DNA from: an uncultured bacterium
GTDB lineage: Bacteria; CSSED10-310; CAZUFC01
DNA: 64,000 nucleotides
Direction: 5' to 3'
Assembly (NCBI GenBank): GCA_964619725.1
Contig: CAZUFC010000017.1
Span: 1 to 64,000, forward strand
Shown here: positions 40,127 to 50,264 of the stretch, in pieces
Numbering within the stretch: position 1 is the first letter of the stretch
Layout: each line of letters begins with the position of its first letter
Position numbers and translations under genes: made by a program
Notes under the pieces: generated by a model
The model's database searches: none
Seen by the model: the letters and a program-made list of their open reading frames with translations, nothing else
Told to the model about the DNA's origin: nothing

Positions 40127-41216
40127 TAAAAACCGCTACCTGTCCGGTGAAGAAATCCTTCCGCCGGCGATCTCTCCGCAAATCAGCGCCGCTGAACTCA
40201 TCGACAATCAATTTACTGCATACAACGCCCGACGTTTAAATGAAATTTGCCGACTTTTCACGAAAAAAATACTGAATAACAAAACTACAATAGGACTGTC
40301 GCTGTCAGGTGCGTTGACCCCTGCAGGATTGGGCATTTCCTGTATCATTCCTCTTATGCGGTACGGAATGATAGACTGGATCGTATCAACGGGAGCGAAT
40401 CTCTATCACGACGCGCATTTCGCTATCGGTAAATCTTTGCATAAAGGAAAAATTTCCTGGAATGACGTTGAACTGAGAAAAAACAACGTGGTCAGAATAT
40501 TCGACGTTGTGTTCGATTATAATGTCTTGCTCGATACGGACGCCTTCTTTCGGCGAATAATTAAACAACCTGAATTTCAACGGGAAATGGGCTCCGCAGA
40601 ATTCCACCGCCTCTGCGGTCAATACCTGATAGAACGAGAAAAAGAACTTGGACTGAAAAAAGTCTCAATCCTGGCCGAAGCATGCCGGCTTGACATTCCC
40701 GTTTTTACCTCCTCCCCAGGCGACAGTTCAATCGGAATGAATATAGCCGCTGCCGAACTGGAAAACAATAAACTGAAAATTAATTCGTCCGTTGATGTAA
40801 ATCAAACCGCTGCCATCGTCTATAATGCAAAAAACAACGATGAATTCTCGGCAGTCGTTATATTGGGCGGCGGCTCGCCTAAAAATTTCATGCTCCAAAC
40901 AGAACCTCATATCCAGGAAGTCCTGGGACTAAAAGAAACAGGTCATGACTACTTCATCCAGATAACGGATGCCAGACCTGATACCGGCGGTCTTTCCGGC
41001 GCCACTCCATCAGAAGCCGTTTCCTGGGGAAAAATCGATGCCGATAAATTGTCCAACACCGTCGTCTGCTACTCCGATACTACCATTGCACTCCCTCTTT
41101 TCGTCGCTTACGTCCTCTCAAAACAAAATCCCAGAAAACCTTCACGGATTTATAAAAATCTGGATAGCTTTACCGAAAAAATGAAAAAGGCGCTGAATAT
41201 CAAAAAACGAGACTGA
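40116..41216 (+). CDS. Deoxyhypusine synthase-like protein (probable homospermidine biosynthesis)
   Basis: [43 protein letters not shown] with catalytic Lys. Confidence 0.9.
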   Translation: MKISKNRYLSGEEILPPAISPQISAAELIDNQFTAYNARRLNEICRLFTKKILNNKTTIGLSLSGALTPAGLGISCIIPLMRYGMIDWIVSTGANLYHDAHFAIGKSLHKGKISWNDVELRKNNVVRIFDVVFDYNVLLDTDAFFRRIIKQPEFQREMGSAEFHRLCGQYLIEREKELGLKKVSILAEACRLDIPVFTSSPGDSSIGMNIAAAELENNKLKINSSVDVNQTAAIVYNAKNNDEFSAVVILGGGSPKNFMLQTEPHIQEVLGLKETGHDYFIQITDARPDTGGLSGATPSEAVSWGKIDADKLSNTVVCYSDTTIALPLFVAYVLSKQNPRKPSRIYKNLDSFTEKMKKALNIKKRD

Positions 41217-41339
41217 GCAAACAGGGATTACACTTTTGGGAATCATTTCTTCTCTTTTCTGTGATGATCAGATATGTCCCGGGCTGAGGTGTCTTTGTAA
41301 TTGTTTCTGAAAATCCGGGCGTTTTGACCATCGATCCCC

Positions 41340-41607
41340 CAAAAAAACGCTGTATATTTCTATGTTTCATACTTCCTGAGCGGCAGCATATCTCTGAAAA
41401 AGCCTGAATGTGATCATCAACGCTTCCTTGCGCAACCCTAGCGCCACGCACCTCACCCCCTTTTCACGGGCCCTCCCCCGCTCGCTTTCAGATTCGGATC
41501 ATCCACCACCTCGGGCAAACCTTGCCTCTGAAACAGGTCATGCTTCAGAAACATGCCCCCTGCCTTCCTTGCGAGCGAAAGTTCCAAGATTCTGGATCCG
41601 AATCTCA
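41340..41607 (-). ncRNA. Candidate sigma54-dependent structured sRNA (or small-ORF transcript)
   Basis: Downstream of a sigma54 motif; several complementary segments and repeated CGCAAGGAAG; no long ORF; boundaries approximate. Confidence 0.4.
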
Positions 41608-41617
41608 TTCAGCTTGA

Positions 41618-41872
41618 AGCACCTTTCATGCCAAAAATAAGTTTTCTTTAAAAACAATAAGTTATATTTTTCTCTTGCCTTGCCGTATCTCCGAAAATTC
41701 AAAAAATTTGAATTTTTTTCAAATTTTTTGAATTTCATTCCAGCCGCTAATTCAGTCAACCCAAAAAAACAATTCCATAATATCCTTTAAACACAATAAA
41801 TTAAATTCTTCGATAATTCCATAGAAACGGCGGTTTTTACCGTAATCCAGAGTTCAAATTTTTTGAATTTCA
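41618..41872 (-). promoter_or_regulatory. sigma54 promoter with IHF-like site and upstream activator-like repeats
   Basis: TTGGCATGAAAGGTGCT (GG-N10-GC, 41634-41618); IHF-like AAACAATAAGTTA at 41652-41664; TTCAAATTTTTTGAATT repeats at 41696-41712 (inverted), 41718 and 41853. Confidence 0.65.
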
Positions 41873-42101
41873 CGTTTTTGTGTGACATGCGATCAAAGGA
41901 TATCACTGTTTTCCTGTAGACATAACCCTTCCAGCATAATATTTTATCCATTGAATGGGTTTGCGGAGGTCCCCTGATAATATTTCTTACAGCTTCGCAA
42001 CAAACTCATTTTCGGTAAAAGCTTCCTCATGCATTGAGAAAAAGTAGAAGGACACAGAGAAACACTTCATCCGCTAAAGGGTTCTATTAAGGAGTTAAGC
42101 G

Positions 42102-45100
42102 ATGCAGCGAATAATTTTTCTGGCGATTTTCCTGGCGCTGATGGAATACTGTTTATTTTCAAGGGAATGTTCTGGAGTAGAATCGTACGATCAATCATCA
42201 TATTTTATAAGTGATGCCGAGCCTGTGCCGTTGGAGAAACCGATTTCAAATCCTCTGGAATATTCGACGTCGAGGATAGGCTTGGACATTGACGGTTTCA
42301 AACTTCCTCGAGGACATGAAGGGAGGTACAGGTTTTCATGCCGATTTCCGGTCATTGATTATGTTTCCGAGCGTCCATTGTATATGAAACAATGGACGGA
42401 GGAACAGGCGGATTTGCTGATGAGTTCTCACAGTGAGAAGGGCATAGAGGTTGTAGCGGACGCTTTGACTATTTTGTGCGGAGGTAAAAACGAGACTGAC
42501 GTTGAACCTGCCGAATTAAAAAAGGAGAAGGAATTATTTCGCGATAAGCTTCAGGCGTCGTCTTTTAAGAGCTGGTATCAGGACGCTCTGCTGGAGCTTT
42601 ACGAGAGTTATTTGAAAGCGTGGAGATTGACGAAATACGGGCGCCGGGGATTGAGCGAAGAGGATTTGTCGTTTTTCAATAAGAATCCTGGTTATTATAT
42701 CGCTCCGACGGAAGAAAAGATGACGTCATTAACGGGGAATGTCGAGACGCATTTTCGATATATCGAATGCGCCAGGCGGGCGGATTATGCCTGCATATTC
42801 GGAGGAGCTGAAATCGTGTCGAAAGCGGTGATGGCTTATATAGAAAGGGTGGAATCACATTCATCGAGTGATTTTTGTCGTGGTGATGCGAGCAAAAGCT
42901 TCCGTTTAGAATATGAATCGCCGGCGGGACTCATAAAAGTATCGGGTAAAGGAAACGACGAACACAACGAAGATGCGGTTTTTCTGATCGATTTAGGAGG
43001 CGACGACGTATACGTCAACAATGCCGGAGGCGTTTGCAATCTGAAACAGGCGGTCTGTTTATGTATTGATCATGCGGGAGACGACGACTATATTTCTTAC
43101 AAAGGTCGTTATATGCAGGGATTCGGACATCTAGGAACAGGAATGCTGATTGATTTGTCTGGAGATGACCGTTATATGGCGGGACATTTTTCGCAGGCGG
43201 CTGGGATAATGGGAGTCGGAGTTATCTGGGACAAAGAGGGTGATGATCAATACATCGGGCAGACTTTCGGACAAGGGGCCGGTATGTTCGGACTCGGGAT
43301 GCTCCTTGATGATGCTGGAGAGGATTTTTATGATATTGCGAGTTTAGGCCAGGGAGCAGCGACTACATTAGGATTGGGTATTCTGTCTGATTTAACGGAC
43401 GACGACAGATACCATCTTGCGGTCGGAAGAGACAAGGATTCTCTGGGGGGAATGCCCGGATACGGCCAGGGAGGCGCTTTATCCTTTCGTCACTATCCCT
43501 GGGAAGGCGAATTGACGCCTTACGGCGGAGCGGGAATGCTCATAGACGCCAGAGGGAACGATCGATACCGCACAAAAGGATGGTGCGATCAGGGAGGCAG
43601 CTACATCATGTCCCTGGGAGCGTTGGTCGATTATGAGGGAAATGATCATTATTCGGCTCATACAGGCCAGGGAAGCGGAATACATATTACTAACGCTATC
43701 CTGGTCGACCGGAAAGGACATGACGTGTATGAGGGGAAATTTCGATGCGGCGGTTCCGGAGGAGACCGTTCACCCGGATTTTTGATCGATTATCAGGGCA
43801 ATGACGTTTACCGATCCAGGACTTCATCTTACGGCACAGGCTGCAAACCCTTCTGTTTTTCTCTGTTTGTCGACTATTCGGGCGACGACGTTTACATATG
43901 TCCTCGGCCGGAAGATGAGATCACTTTCAACAACTGGGAAAGCTTCGGCGGAGTATGGCCGGAATCGGAACCTCACATCTGGCCTTACGCCGTTTGTCTG
44001 GATTTAAGCGGCGACGATGATTATCAGGTCCGCAATCGTTCGAATAACTCCGAAACACACAGTTTCGGGCACGGAATTCATCTGGACACGGAATTTCCCT
44101 CCAGCGACATCATAGGAACCCTTCCCTGTCCGCTGGAACCTTATCGCTCGTTTCCACTTCCTCTTAACGTTAAAAATTCCGAATATTACGAAGACATAAA
44201 AGCGCTTCAAAATCCCCATACTTTTATCCGTTTTCAGACCATAGGCCGCATAACGAACAGCGGTACCGATGTTTTGCCGTCTCTTGTCGACGCTGTAATT
44301 AATTCTGAACATGTTCAATTCAACAGAGACGTTCTCGAATGCATTCATATTTTCTGTTCATCCCGGATAATCAGCGAAAATGATGAAAAAACGATAGCGA
44401 AGCTGCTGAAAGCAGCGTCGCCGGAAATCAGGATCATCACAGCCGATAACTGCGGAATTTGGAAATGGACATCCTCTGAACATGCACTTATGGAATCTTT
44501 AAAAGATGAAAACGCTGAAGTTCGCAGATTTGCGTTGAATTCGCTGATCAGCCTGGAATCCGATAAAGCATCATCCTTCGTCAGAGAAAGCCTGATAAAG
44601 GATTCGTCAGAAAACGTCAGACGAACGGCCGTTCGATATATTCAACTGATATCGGAAGAATTCGATCCTTTTCCTTACCTGGCGGATGCTCTGCTGGATG
44701 ATCCGGCATCGTCCGTAAGAGTCGCTGCGGCTGAGGCGCTGGGTTATCTGCAGGAGCAGCGCGCTGTTGAGCTGCTCAAGGATGCTGCGGAATCATACGA
44801 TGTATACCTAAAACGTGCGGCGGCAAAAAGTCTGGGGGAGCTGGGAGAGATCGAGGGCATTGAAATTCTGATCGATTCACTCTCCTTTCCGTCCATTGAT
44901 GCGTTTTTCAATTACGACCGCAACATCCCAAACTATATATCGGCATATGCCGGACATGACCTCAACGAGGATGAAAGATATGACAGAGAAAAGTGGCGTC
45001 AATGGTTCCAAAAAAGTAAAGATCAAATTGATCTGAAGGAAAACGTAAAAGCCTACAGGGCATATCAGGATACGGCAAAGGCAGTGCGAGACATTACAAT

Positions 45101-45449
45101 TAAACGGAAAATCGAAAAATATGAAGCATTTTTATCGAATTTTCCTGATTATAATCGCGCTCGAAAAGCCCTGGCGAAAATTCTGAATGAAGCCGCCTGG
45201 AAAATGGTCACGGCTCCCGAAAATTCGAAGGATCATGATCCGGAGACAGGCCTGAAATACGCTCTGCGCGCCGTTGAACTGGAACCTCACATCAATTACA
45301 TCGATACTCTTGCTGAAGCTTATCTCGCCGCCGGCAAAACGGCTGAAGCGGAAGAATTATGCCTGGAAATGCTGGAAAAGCATCCGGATGAAAAGATGTT
45401 TCAAGACAGGTTGGATCGTTGCAGGAAAACCAGTGAAAATGATTTATAA
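42102..45449 (+). CDS. Large exported protein: 12 DxxG(D/N)DxY repeats + HEAT repeats + TPR
   Basis: Signal peptide; LIDLGGDDVY-type repeats; VRRFAL/VRVAAAEALG HEAT units; DTLAEAY TPR. Confidence 0.8.
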   Translation: MQRIIFLAIFLALMEYCLFSRECSGVESYDQSSYFISDAEPVPLEKPISNPLEYSTSRIGLDIDGFKLPRGHEGRYRFSCRFPVIDYVSERPLYMKQWTEEQADLLMSSHSEKGIEVVADALTILCGGKNETDVEPAELKKEKELFRDKLQASSFKSWYQDALLELYESYLKAWRLTKYGRRGLSEEDLSFFNKNPGYYIAPTEEKMTSLTGNVETHFRYIECARRADYACIFGGAEIVSKAVMAYIERVESHSSSDFCRGDASKSFRLEYESPAGLIKVSGKGNDEHNEDAVFLIDLGGDDVYVNNAGGVCNLKQAVCLCIDHAGDDDYISYKGRYMQGFGHLGTGMLIDLSGDDRYMAGHFSQAAGIMGVGVIWDKEGDDQYIGQTFGQGAGMFGLGMLLDDAGEDFYDIASLGQGAATTLGLGILSDLTDDDRYHLAVGRDKDSLGGMPGYGQGGALSFRHYPWEGELTPYGGAGMLIDARGNDRYRTKGWCDQGGSYIMSLGALVDYEGNDHYSAHTGQGSGIHITNAILVDRKGHDVYEGKFRCGGSGGDRSPGFLIDYQGNDVYRSRTSSYGTGCKPFCFSLFVDYSGDDVYICPRPEDEITFNNWESFGGVWPESEPHIWPYAVCLDLSGDDDYQVRNRSNNSETHSFGHGIHLDTEFPSSDIIGTLPCPLEPYRSFPLPLNVKNSEYYEDIKALQNPHTFIRFQTIGRITNSGTDVLPSLVDAVINSEHVQFNRDVLECIHIFCSSRIISENDEKTIAKLLKAASPEIRIITADNCGIWKWTSSEHALMESLKDENAEVRRFALNSLISLESDKASSFVRESLIKDSSENVRRTAVRYIQLISEEFDPFPYLADALLDDPASSVRVAAAEALGYLQEQRAVELLKDAAESYDVYLKRAAAKSLGELGEIEGIEILIDSLSFPSIDAFFNYDRNIPNYISAYAGHDLNEDERYDREKWRQWFQKSKDQIDLKENVKAYRAYQDTAKAVRDITIKRKIEKYEAFLSNFPDYNRARKALAKILNEAAWKMVTAPENSKDHDPETGLKYALRAVELEPHINYIDTLAEAYLAAGKTAEAEELCLEMLEKHPDEKMFQDRLDRCRKTSENDL

Positions 45450-45750
45450 ATCTGGTCTGATCAATCCGGGTCGCAATGAGCTTCAATGACCTACAGACGT
45501 TTTTATAATCCGGAGCGCTTCTCGTTTTACTCTGCTTCGGATACCAATCGTTCAGAATATTAAGCGGCAATGTTGCGATGGATTTGCTCCTTCCGGAATT
45601 CAATAATTGAAAAAAAGCAATGACTATGATAGGTAAGTCCCGGTTGAAATTTGATTTTGCATCTGACTCATAAATCAAATTGCCTGGGAGAGCGTTCAAT
45701 GAAGATGGCGAAGAAGAGAGCATGAAGGAGGTTAGGAGGTTGAAATGAGC

Positions 45751-46095
45751 ATGAAGATTGCGCTTTTTGCTTTTAACGGGGAGCAAATGTGTTTCATCCA
45801 CGTATTATTGAATGCATTGGATATGAATGAAAAAGGATATGACGTCAAACTTATCATCGAGGGAACAGCGACGAAGCAGATAAAGGAGCTCTCGGAACCG
45901 GGAAAGATATTCGCGGGATTATATGAGAAGGTAAAGGCTGCAGGGTTAATCGACTGCGTATGTCAGGCGTGTGCGAACAAGATGCAGTCTCTTGAGAGCG
46001 CCCGTTCACAGGAATTGCCGGTTTGCGGAGAGATGAGCGGACATCCGTCGATCAGCCGTTATTTGCAGCAGGGTTATGAAGTTTTAGTATTTTAG
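45751..46095 (+). CDS. DsrE/DsrF-like family protein
   Basis: FAFNGE.MCFIHVLLNALDM, IIEG.A, CVCQACA, GHPS. Confidence 0.75.
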   Translation: MKIALFAFNGEQMCFIHVLLNALDMNEKGYDVKLIIEGTATKQIKELSEPGKIFAGLYEKVKAAGLIDCVCQACANKMQSLESARSQELPVCGEMSGHPSISRYLQQGYEVLVF

Positions 46096-46240
46096 TATAA
46101 GAAGCGAGAGAAAGAGAAAGCGCAGGTATTGAACTTTTGCAAAAAGGAATTAGAATTACTAAGCGAGAAGCTTTCATGAGACAAAGAGAGTCTGAAACAG
46201 AGAGAAGCTTCATTTTGTATTCATGCGAGGAGGAAGAATT

Positions 46241-48850
46241 ATGAGGAAAGCATTAAGTGCAATATTGGGAATTCTATTATTGAGCGGAGCGGCGAGGGGA
46301 GCTGAGCAGCTTGTATTTGAGGACCCTGCGAGCGATGACGACGGTCCCGGTTATTACATTTACCCGACTGATCGTGTGTATACGCCGGGCTCGTTTGATC
46401 TCAGGATGCTTGAGGTTGTTGATCGGGGCAACTTAGTGGAAGTAACGGTGACGGTGGGAGCGAAATTGGAGAATCCCTGGGAGATGGATACGGGTTTTTC
46501 CTTACAGATGGCGACGGTTTATATCGATCTGGACGGTAAAACCGGTTCCGGTCACGAGTGGGCGCTTCCCGGTTTTAACGCCGGTTTTCGAGCAGACTCA
46601 TTCTGGGAAAAAGCTCTTATTCTTTCACCCCAATCAGCTTCTCGTTTAAACACGGAAATAAAAACCAAAGCGCCTGAACTGGAAGAGGACATTCTCATAC
46701 CCATCAAAATGAAAGTAAGGACCAGGAGTTTTACGGGAGTATTTCGCAAGGATGATTTAGGAGCTGATGTGTCTGAAGATTGGGGATTTCAGGTTTTGTT
46801 GACGAGCAACGAAGGTTTTCCTGATGCCGACGAGATAATGACGAGAAAAGTTAATGAGTATGAAGGTCCTCATCGTTTCGGAGGCGGCAGCGATTATGAC
46901 GGAGACCCTCATTTCATGGATATGCTCTGGCCGCCGGCGCAGGGTGGTCCGGATGAAATAGATGGACAGCACGAATGTCTTTCGAGGTACGAAAGCAGTT
47001 CTGATCCTTCGGAGAATGTATATGTAAGGATACCTATGGTCAAGGCGGGCCGTGAAGAAGGGCCGGCGCCCTTTCAACCGGATGTAAGGACTTCGGTGTA
47101 CGGAAAAGCTCCTGTGTCGAAAAGCCAGGTTGTAAAAGTGGGCGAAGACCTGAGATTTAAATGGGGCGGAAAATTTTTCACTAACTGGTTATGGGGTAAT
47201 GACGTATCCGAACATTCCGTCTACATGGATGCGTTCGGTGATCACGGACTGAACGGCATCAATTCAGAGCTGGAATTGACGATTCACGCCTATATTTCAG
47301 ATTACGCCGAAGCGGGAGCAAGAATCAAAAACAGATTCAGATACAATTACTGGACGACATACTGGAACAACGACAATTTGGATGAAGCCGAGTATATGAA
47401 ATTAAGGGGATACTGGCTGCGATTCCGCCTGCCGGAAGTGTTCGCTCCTTATCTGGAAAAAATACATATCGGTTCTTCTGACCTGGGAATGTTCAACGCC
47501 TGGACCGTGGGCAGAATCAGATATATCGACAGAGACAATGCCAAAGGCATCTTCTTCATGGGAAAATTCAGCGACAAGGTGACCTATGATCTCGGGCGCA
47601 TCAGCCTTCCTGAATTGTGGGCAGGACCAGGATGGTCTACCCGCGGCAAGGGATATTATTCAGCCGACGGTTTCGCAGTGCAGGATTACGCGCTGGCGGC
47701 ATCCGTAAACGTGGATGCATCGGATTATTTCAGGTTTCGCGTGTTAGGCGATTACACGAGCGATAAAGAAGGAGACCTGGATGATGATAATCCCAGGGAC
47801 GGAGTGGACCGGGAAACTCGATATCAGAACACCGTAGGCAGCTTTGAATTTGCAGCAGACCTGGCCGGTTTCGCTGAATTAAACGGCGTTTATAATTATT
47901 CAAAATCAAATTACGATGCGAAATTCGATTATCTTGCACAAAAAGGCGAAAACGTCATTCCGCAGAAAGATGTTTCAGATTCAGCTTACAAACTGGGGCT
48001 GGAGTCCGACGATCCTTTCGGCATAGGCCTGGGCATCGAATTGGAATACTTCAACATCGGAGCGGACTTCATTTCACTGATGGCTGCCCGTCGCGAAACC
48101 GACGTACTCCTCACAGAAGGTTTTGAGGCTGATGACGTCCTGGAATTAAATCCCGAGGACGATTTTCCTGAGGCCTATGAATACGGAGGCTGGTGGGGCG
48201 CCATGGGTCAAGCGCCCACGTTGAACATCGACAACAATGATACCCAGTTTGATGAAACTTATTATCAGTCCATAATCGGCTGGAAAGGTTTTACCGCTCT
48301 ACTGAAATACGGATTCGGAAGTTTGGATTTTTCAGGCGAATATACCATCATTGATTACAACACCAATATGCAGGGCAGGGATATGAGCGTTTATCCCCTT
48401 TACGCAGGCGTTTATAAAGAAGACCAGGACAGAAATTCCTCCATCGCAGCGCTTAACGCTTCATATACATTTGAGATGGGAAGAACGTTCGATATTTCTG
48501 CCAGAGCCAAACACATACTGGATGAAGACGATCAGAACAAAGACATATCTGCGGATGATTACGAATACGACAAATGGATATATGAAGCAGCTTTGGGCTG
48601 TCGCATCATTGATGAGATTTATCTCAATATCGGAACCACAATGTACGACCGTACGATTACTCTGGGCGACGAAGAACATCCCGCCGATAAAACCCGCATA
48701 TTTTTCAAAGGTTCTTACGACCTGGGAGGCGTGAAAATAGGCGGCGCACTGGAACAGTACAAAGGCGAATCCTGGTCTGCCGATTTCACCGAAAAATATG
48801 ACGATTACAAGCTGAACAGAGCAAGAATCTTCTTTGAAGCCGCTTTTTAG
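46241..48850 (+). CDS. Glucodextranase DOMON-like carbohydrate-binding domain fused to an outer-membrane beta-barrel
   Basis: DP..DD.GPG.Y.YPT, FDL, NPW..GFSLQ..YID; long amphipathic beta region ending in Phe; SD GAGGAGG. Confidence 0.7.
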   Translation: MRKALSAILGILLLSGAARGAEQLVFEDPASDDDGPGYYIYPTDRVYTPGSFDLRMLEVVDRGNLVEVTVTVGAKLENPWEMDTGFSLQMATVYIDLDGKTGSGHEWALPGFNAGFRADSFWEKALILSPQSASRLNTEIKTKAPELEEDILIPIKMKVRTRSFTGVFRKDDLGADVSEDWGFQVLLTSNEGFPDADEIMTRKVNEYEGPHRFGGGSDYDGDPHFMDMLWPPAQGGPDEIDGQHECLSRYESSSDPSENVYVRIPMVKAGREEGPAPFQPDVRTSVYGKAPVSKSQVVKVGEDLRFKWGGKFFTNWLWGNDVSEHSVYMDAFGDHGLNGINSELELTIHAYISDYAEAGARIKNRFRYNYWTTYWNNDNLDEAEYMKLRGYWLRFRLPEVFAPYLEKIHIGSSDLGMFNAWTVGRIRYIDRDNAKGIFFMGKFSDKVTYDLGRISLPELWAGPGWSTRGKGYYSADGFAVQDYALAASVNVDASDYFRFRVLGDYTSDKEGDLDDDNPRDGVDRETRYQNTVGSFEFAADLAGFAELNGVYNYSKSNYDAKFDYLAQKGENVIPQKDVSDSAYKLGLESDDPFGIGLGIELEYFNIGADFISLMAARRETDVLLTEGFEADDVLELNPEDDFPEAYEYGGWWGAMGQAPTLNIDNNDTQFDETYYQSIIGWKGFTALLKYGFGSLDFSGEYTIIDYNTNMQGRDMSVYPLYAGVYKEDQDRNSSIAALNASYTFEMGRTFDISARAKHILDEDDQNKDISADDYEYDKWIYEAALGCRIIDEIYLNIGTTMYDRTITLGDEEHPADKTRIFFKGSYDLGGVKIGGALEQYKGESWSADFTEKYDDYKLNRARIFFEAAF

Positions 48851-48889
48851 ATTCCGGGTAACAGCAATACTTTAAAATTCAAGCCGACG

Positions 48890-48918
48890 GCCGTCCGCTG
48901 CAAAGCGGACGGTTTTTT
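48890..48918 (+). terminator. Intrinsic terminator
   Basis: CCGTCCGCT-GCAA-AGCGGACGG followed by T-run. Confidence 0.8.
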
Positions 48919-49042
48919 ATTCAATCCAATTTCGATGCAAAAAAAGCGGCTGACGGAGCGATATCCTCGAATAGCGGTCCACAGGAAAATAATACTTTTA
49001 AAAAAGCGCTTGCCGTCTCTTATCGTCCCATAACCGCAAGGT

Positions 49043-49852
49043 TCAAAGAACATAACCGGATGCATAACCCACAACAGCCAGATAATCGCCGGTGATATCG
49101 CCTGATGTCTGATACCTGACTATTTTCGCTTCCGTGGCGCCCATTCGCTTGCATGCCTCCAGCATTGTAACGGTGGGAATGAAACCGCACATACTGATAT
49201 TATGTTTTCTGACGACGCGATAAAGCCCCTCCGGATTCAATTTTTCAAACTCGGTCAGCGCCATTTTATCCTTTCTGTTTGCAGATTCCTGAGGTTCCTG
49301 ATGAGTCATGTCGGTACTGGCTACTATCAGGTATTCCTTTTCCGTTTCGGATTTAACAGCTTGCGCTATGGCGGCTCCCACTTCGGTACAAGTTTCATAC
49401 TTGTGATCCATGAAACTTATTGGGACTAATTTAAAATCCTCTCTGAAATATTGCAGGAACGGAAGCTGCACTTCAAGCGAATGCTCGCCCGTATGCGATG
49501 ACGGATCGTCGCTGATCCTTCCCTGACCGGCTTTTAAAATCGACCTGGCCATATCCGCATCTATCTGCACCTCACCTAATGGTGTTTCCCAGGAACCCTC
49601 GGTCATGATGCTGACGCTCGATGTCGCCCACCTGTGATTGGGACACATGACTATCACCGTTTCAGGGATGACGATCCTGGAATATATCGCTCCGGCTACA
49701 GGACCGGAAAACATATATCCGGCGTGAGGAGAAATTATCCCCATTACCTTGCGTTTAGCTTCGATCTCCTCTACGTATTCTTCGATCTGGCTGATCAATG
49801 CGCTGCGTTTACCGGCATAAAACTGACCCGCTACTGCCGCTTTTCTGATCAT
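49043..49852 (-). CDS. AmmeMemoRadiSam system protein B (MEMO1 family)
   Basis: R.AAVAGQFY, PHAGY.FSG, PNH, EHSLEVQLPFLQ, STDMTH, SMCG, VVGY. Confidence 0.92.
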   Translation of the reverse strand: MIRKAAVAGQFYAGKRSALISQIEEYVEEIEAKRKVMGIISPHAGYMFSGPVAGAIYSRIVIPETVIVMCPNHRWATSSVSIMTEGSWETPLGEVQIDADMARSILKAGQGRISDDPSSHTGEHSLEVQLPFLQYFREDFKLVPISFMDHKYETCTEVGAAIAQAVKSETEKEYLIVASTDMTHQEPQESANRKDKMALTEFEKLNPEGLYRVVRKHNISMCGFIPTVTMLEACKRMGATEAKIVRYQTSGDITGDYLAVVGYASGYVL

Positions 49853-50264
49853 TTTTTCTCCCTCCTCTTTATAACGAAAAGATATTTTTATGTTTTAAGT
49901 TTTTTAATTCCGCATTTCATCATAATCCTGGAATCTCTTTCAATAGTTTGAAAAATCATCGCTGTAACAATTTAAGCAGAAAACAGAAAGCGAATCAAAT
50001 ACAACAGAATTCACCCGTTGCGCCCCTGATGTTTCGGCGACAGATCGATTCTTTTCCGGCAAGGCGAAAGTTGAGTATCAAACCCGGCGCACAATGATCC
50101 TTCGAAAAATTAACATCATTGGGCTGAAACCGCTCCTCACAAGCTCATGCACCATAATGAGAGACAGGCTCACGTATTGCACTACGACATCGCATATCGG
50201 TAAATCCTGATCAATCTCCGTCCCTGCACTCCAACACCGGCCCCGGCCTGTTCCTCTTGCAAGA

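Noticed and set aside
49043-49852. Complete AmmeMemoRadiSam system
   Set aside because: Only protein B is present; dispersal of these genes is common
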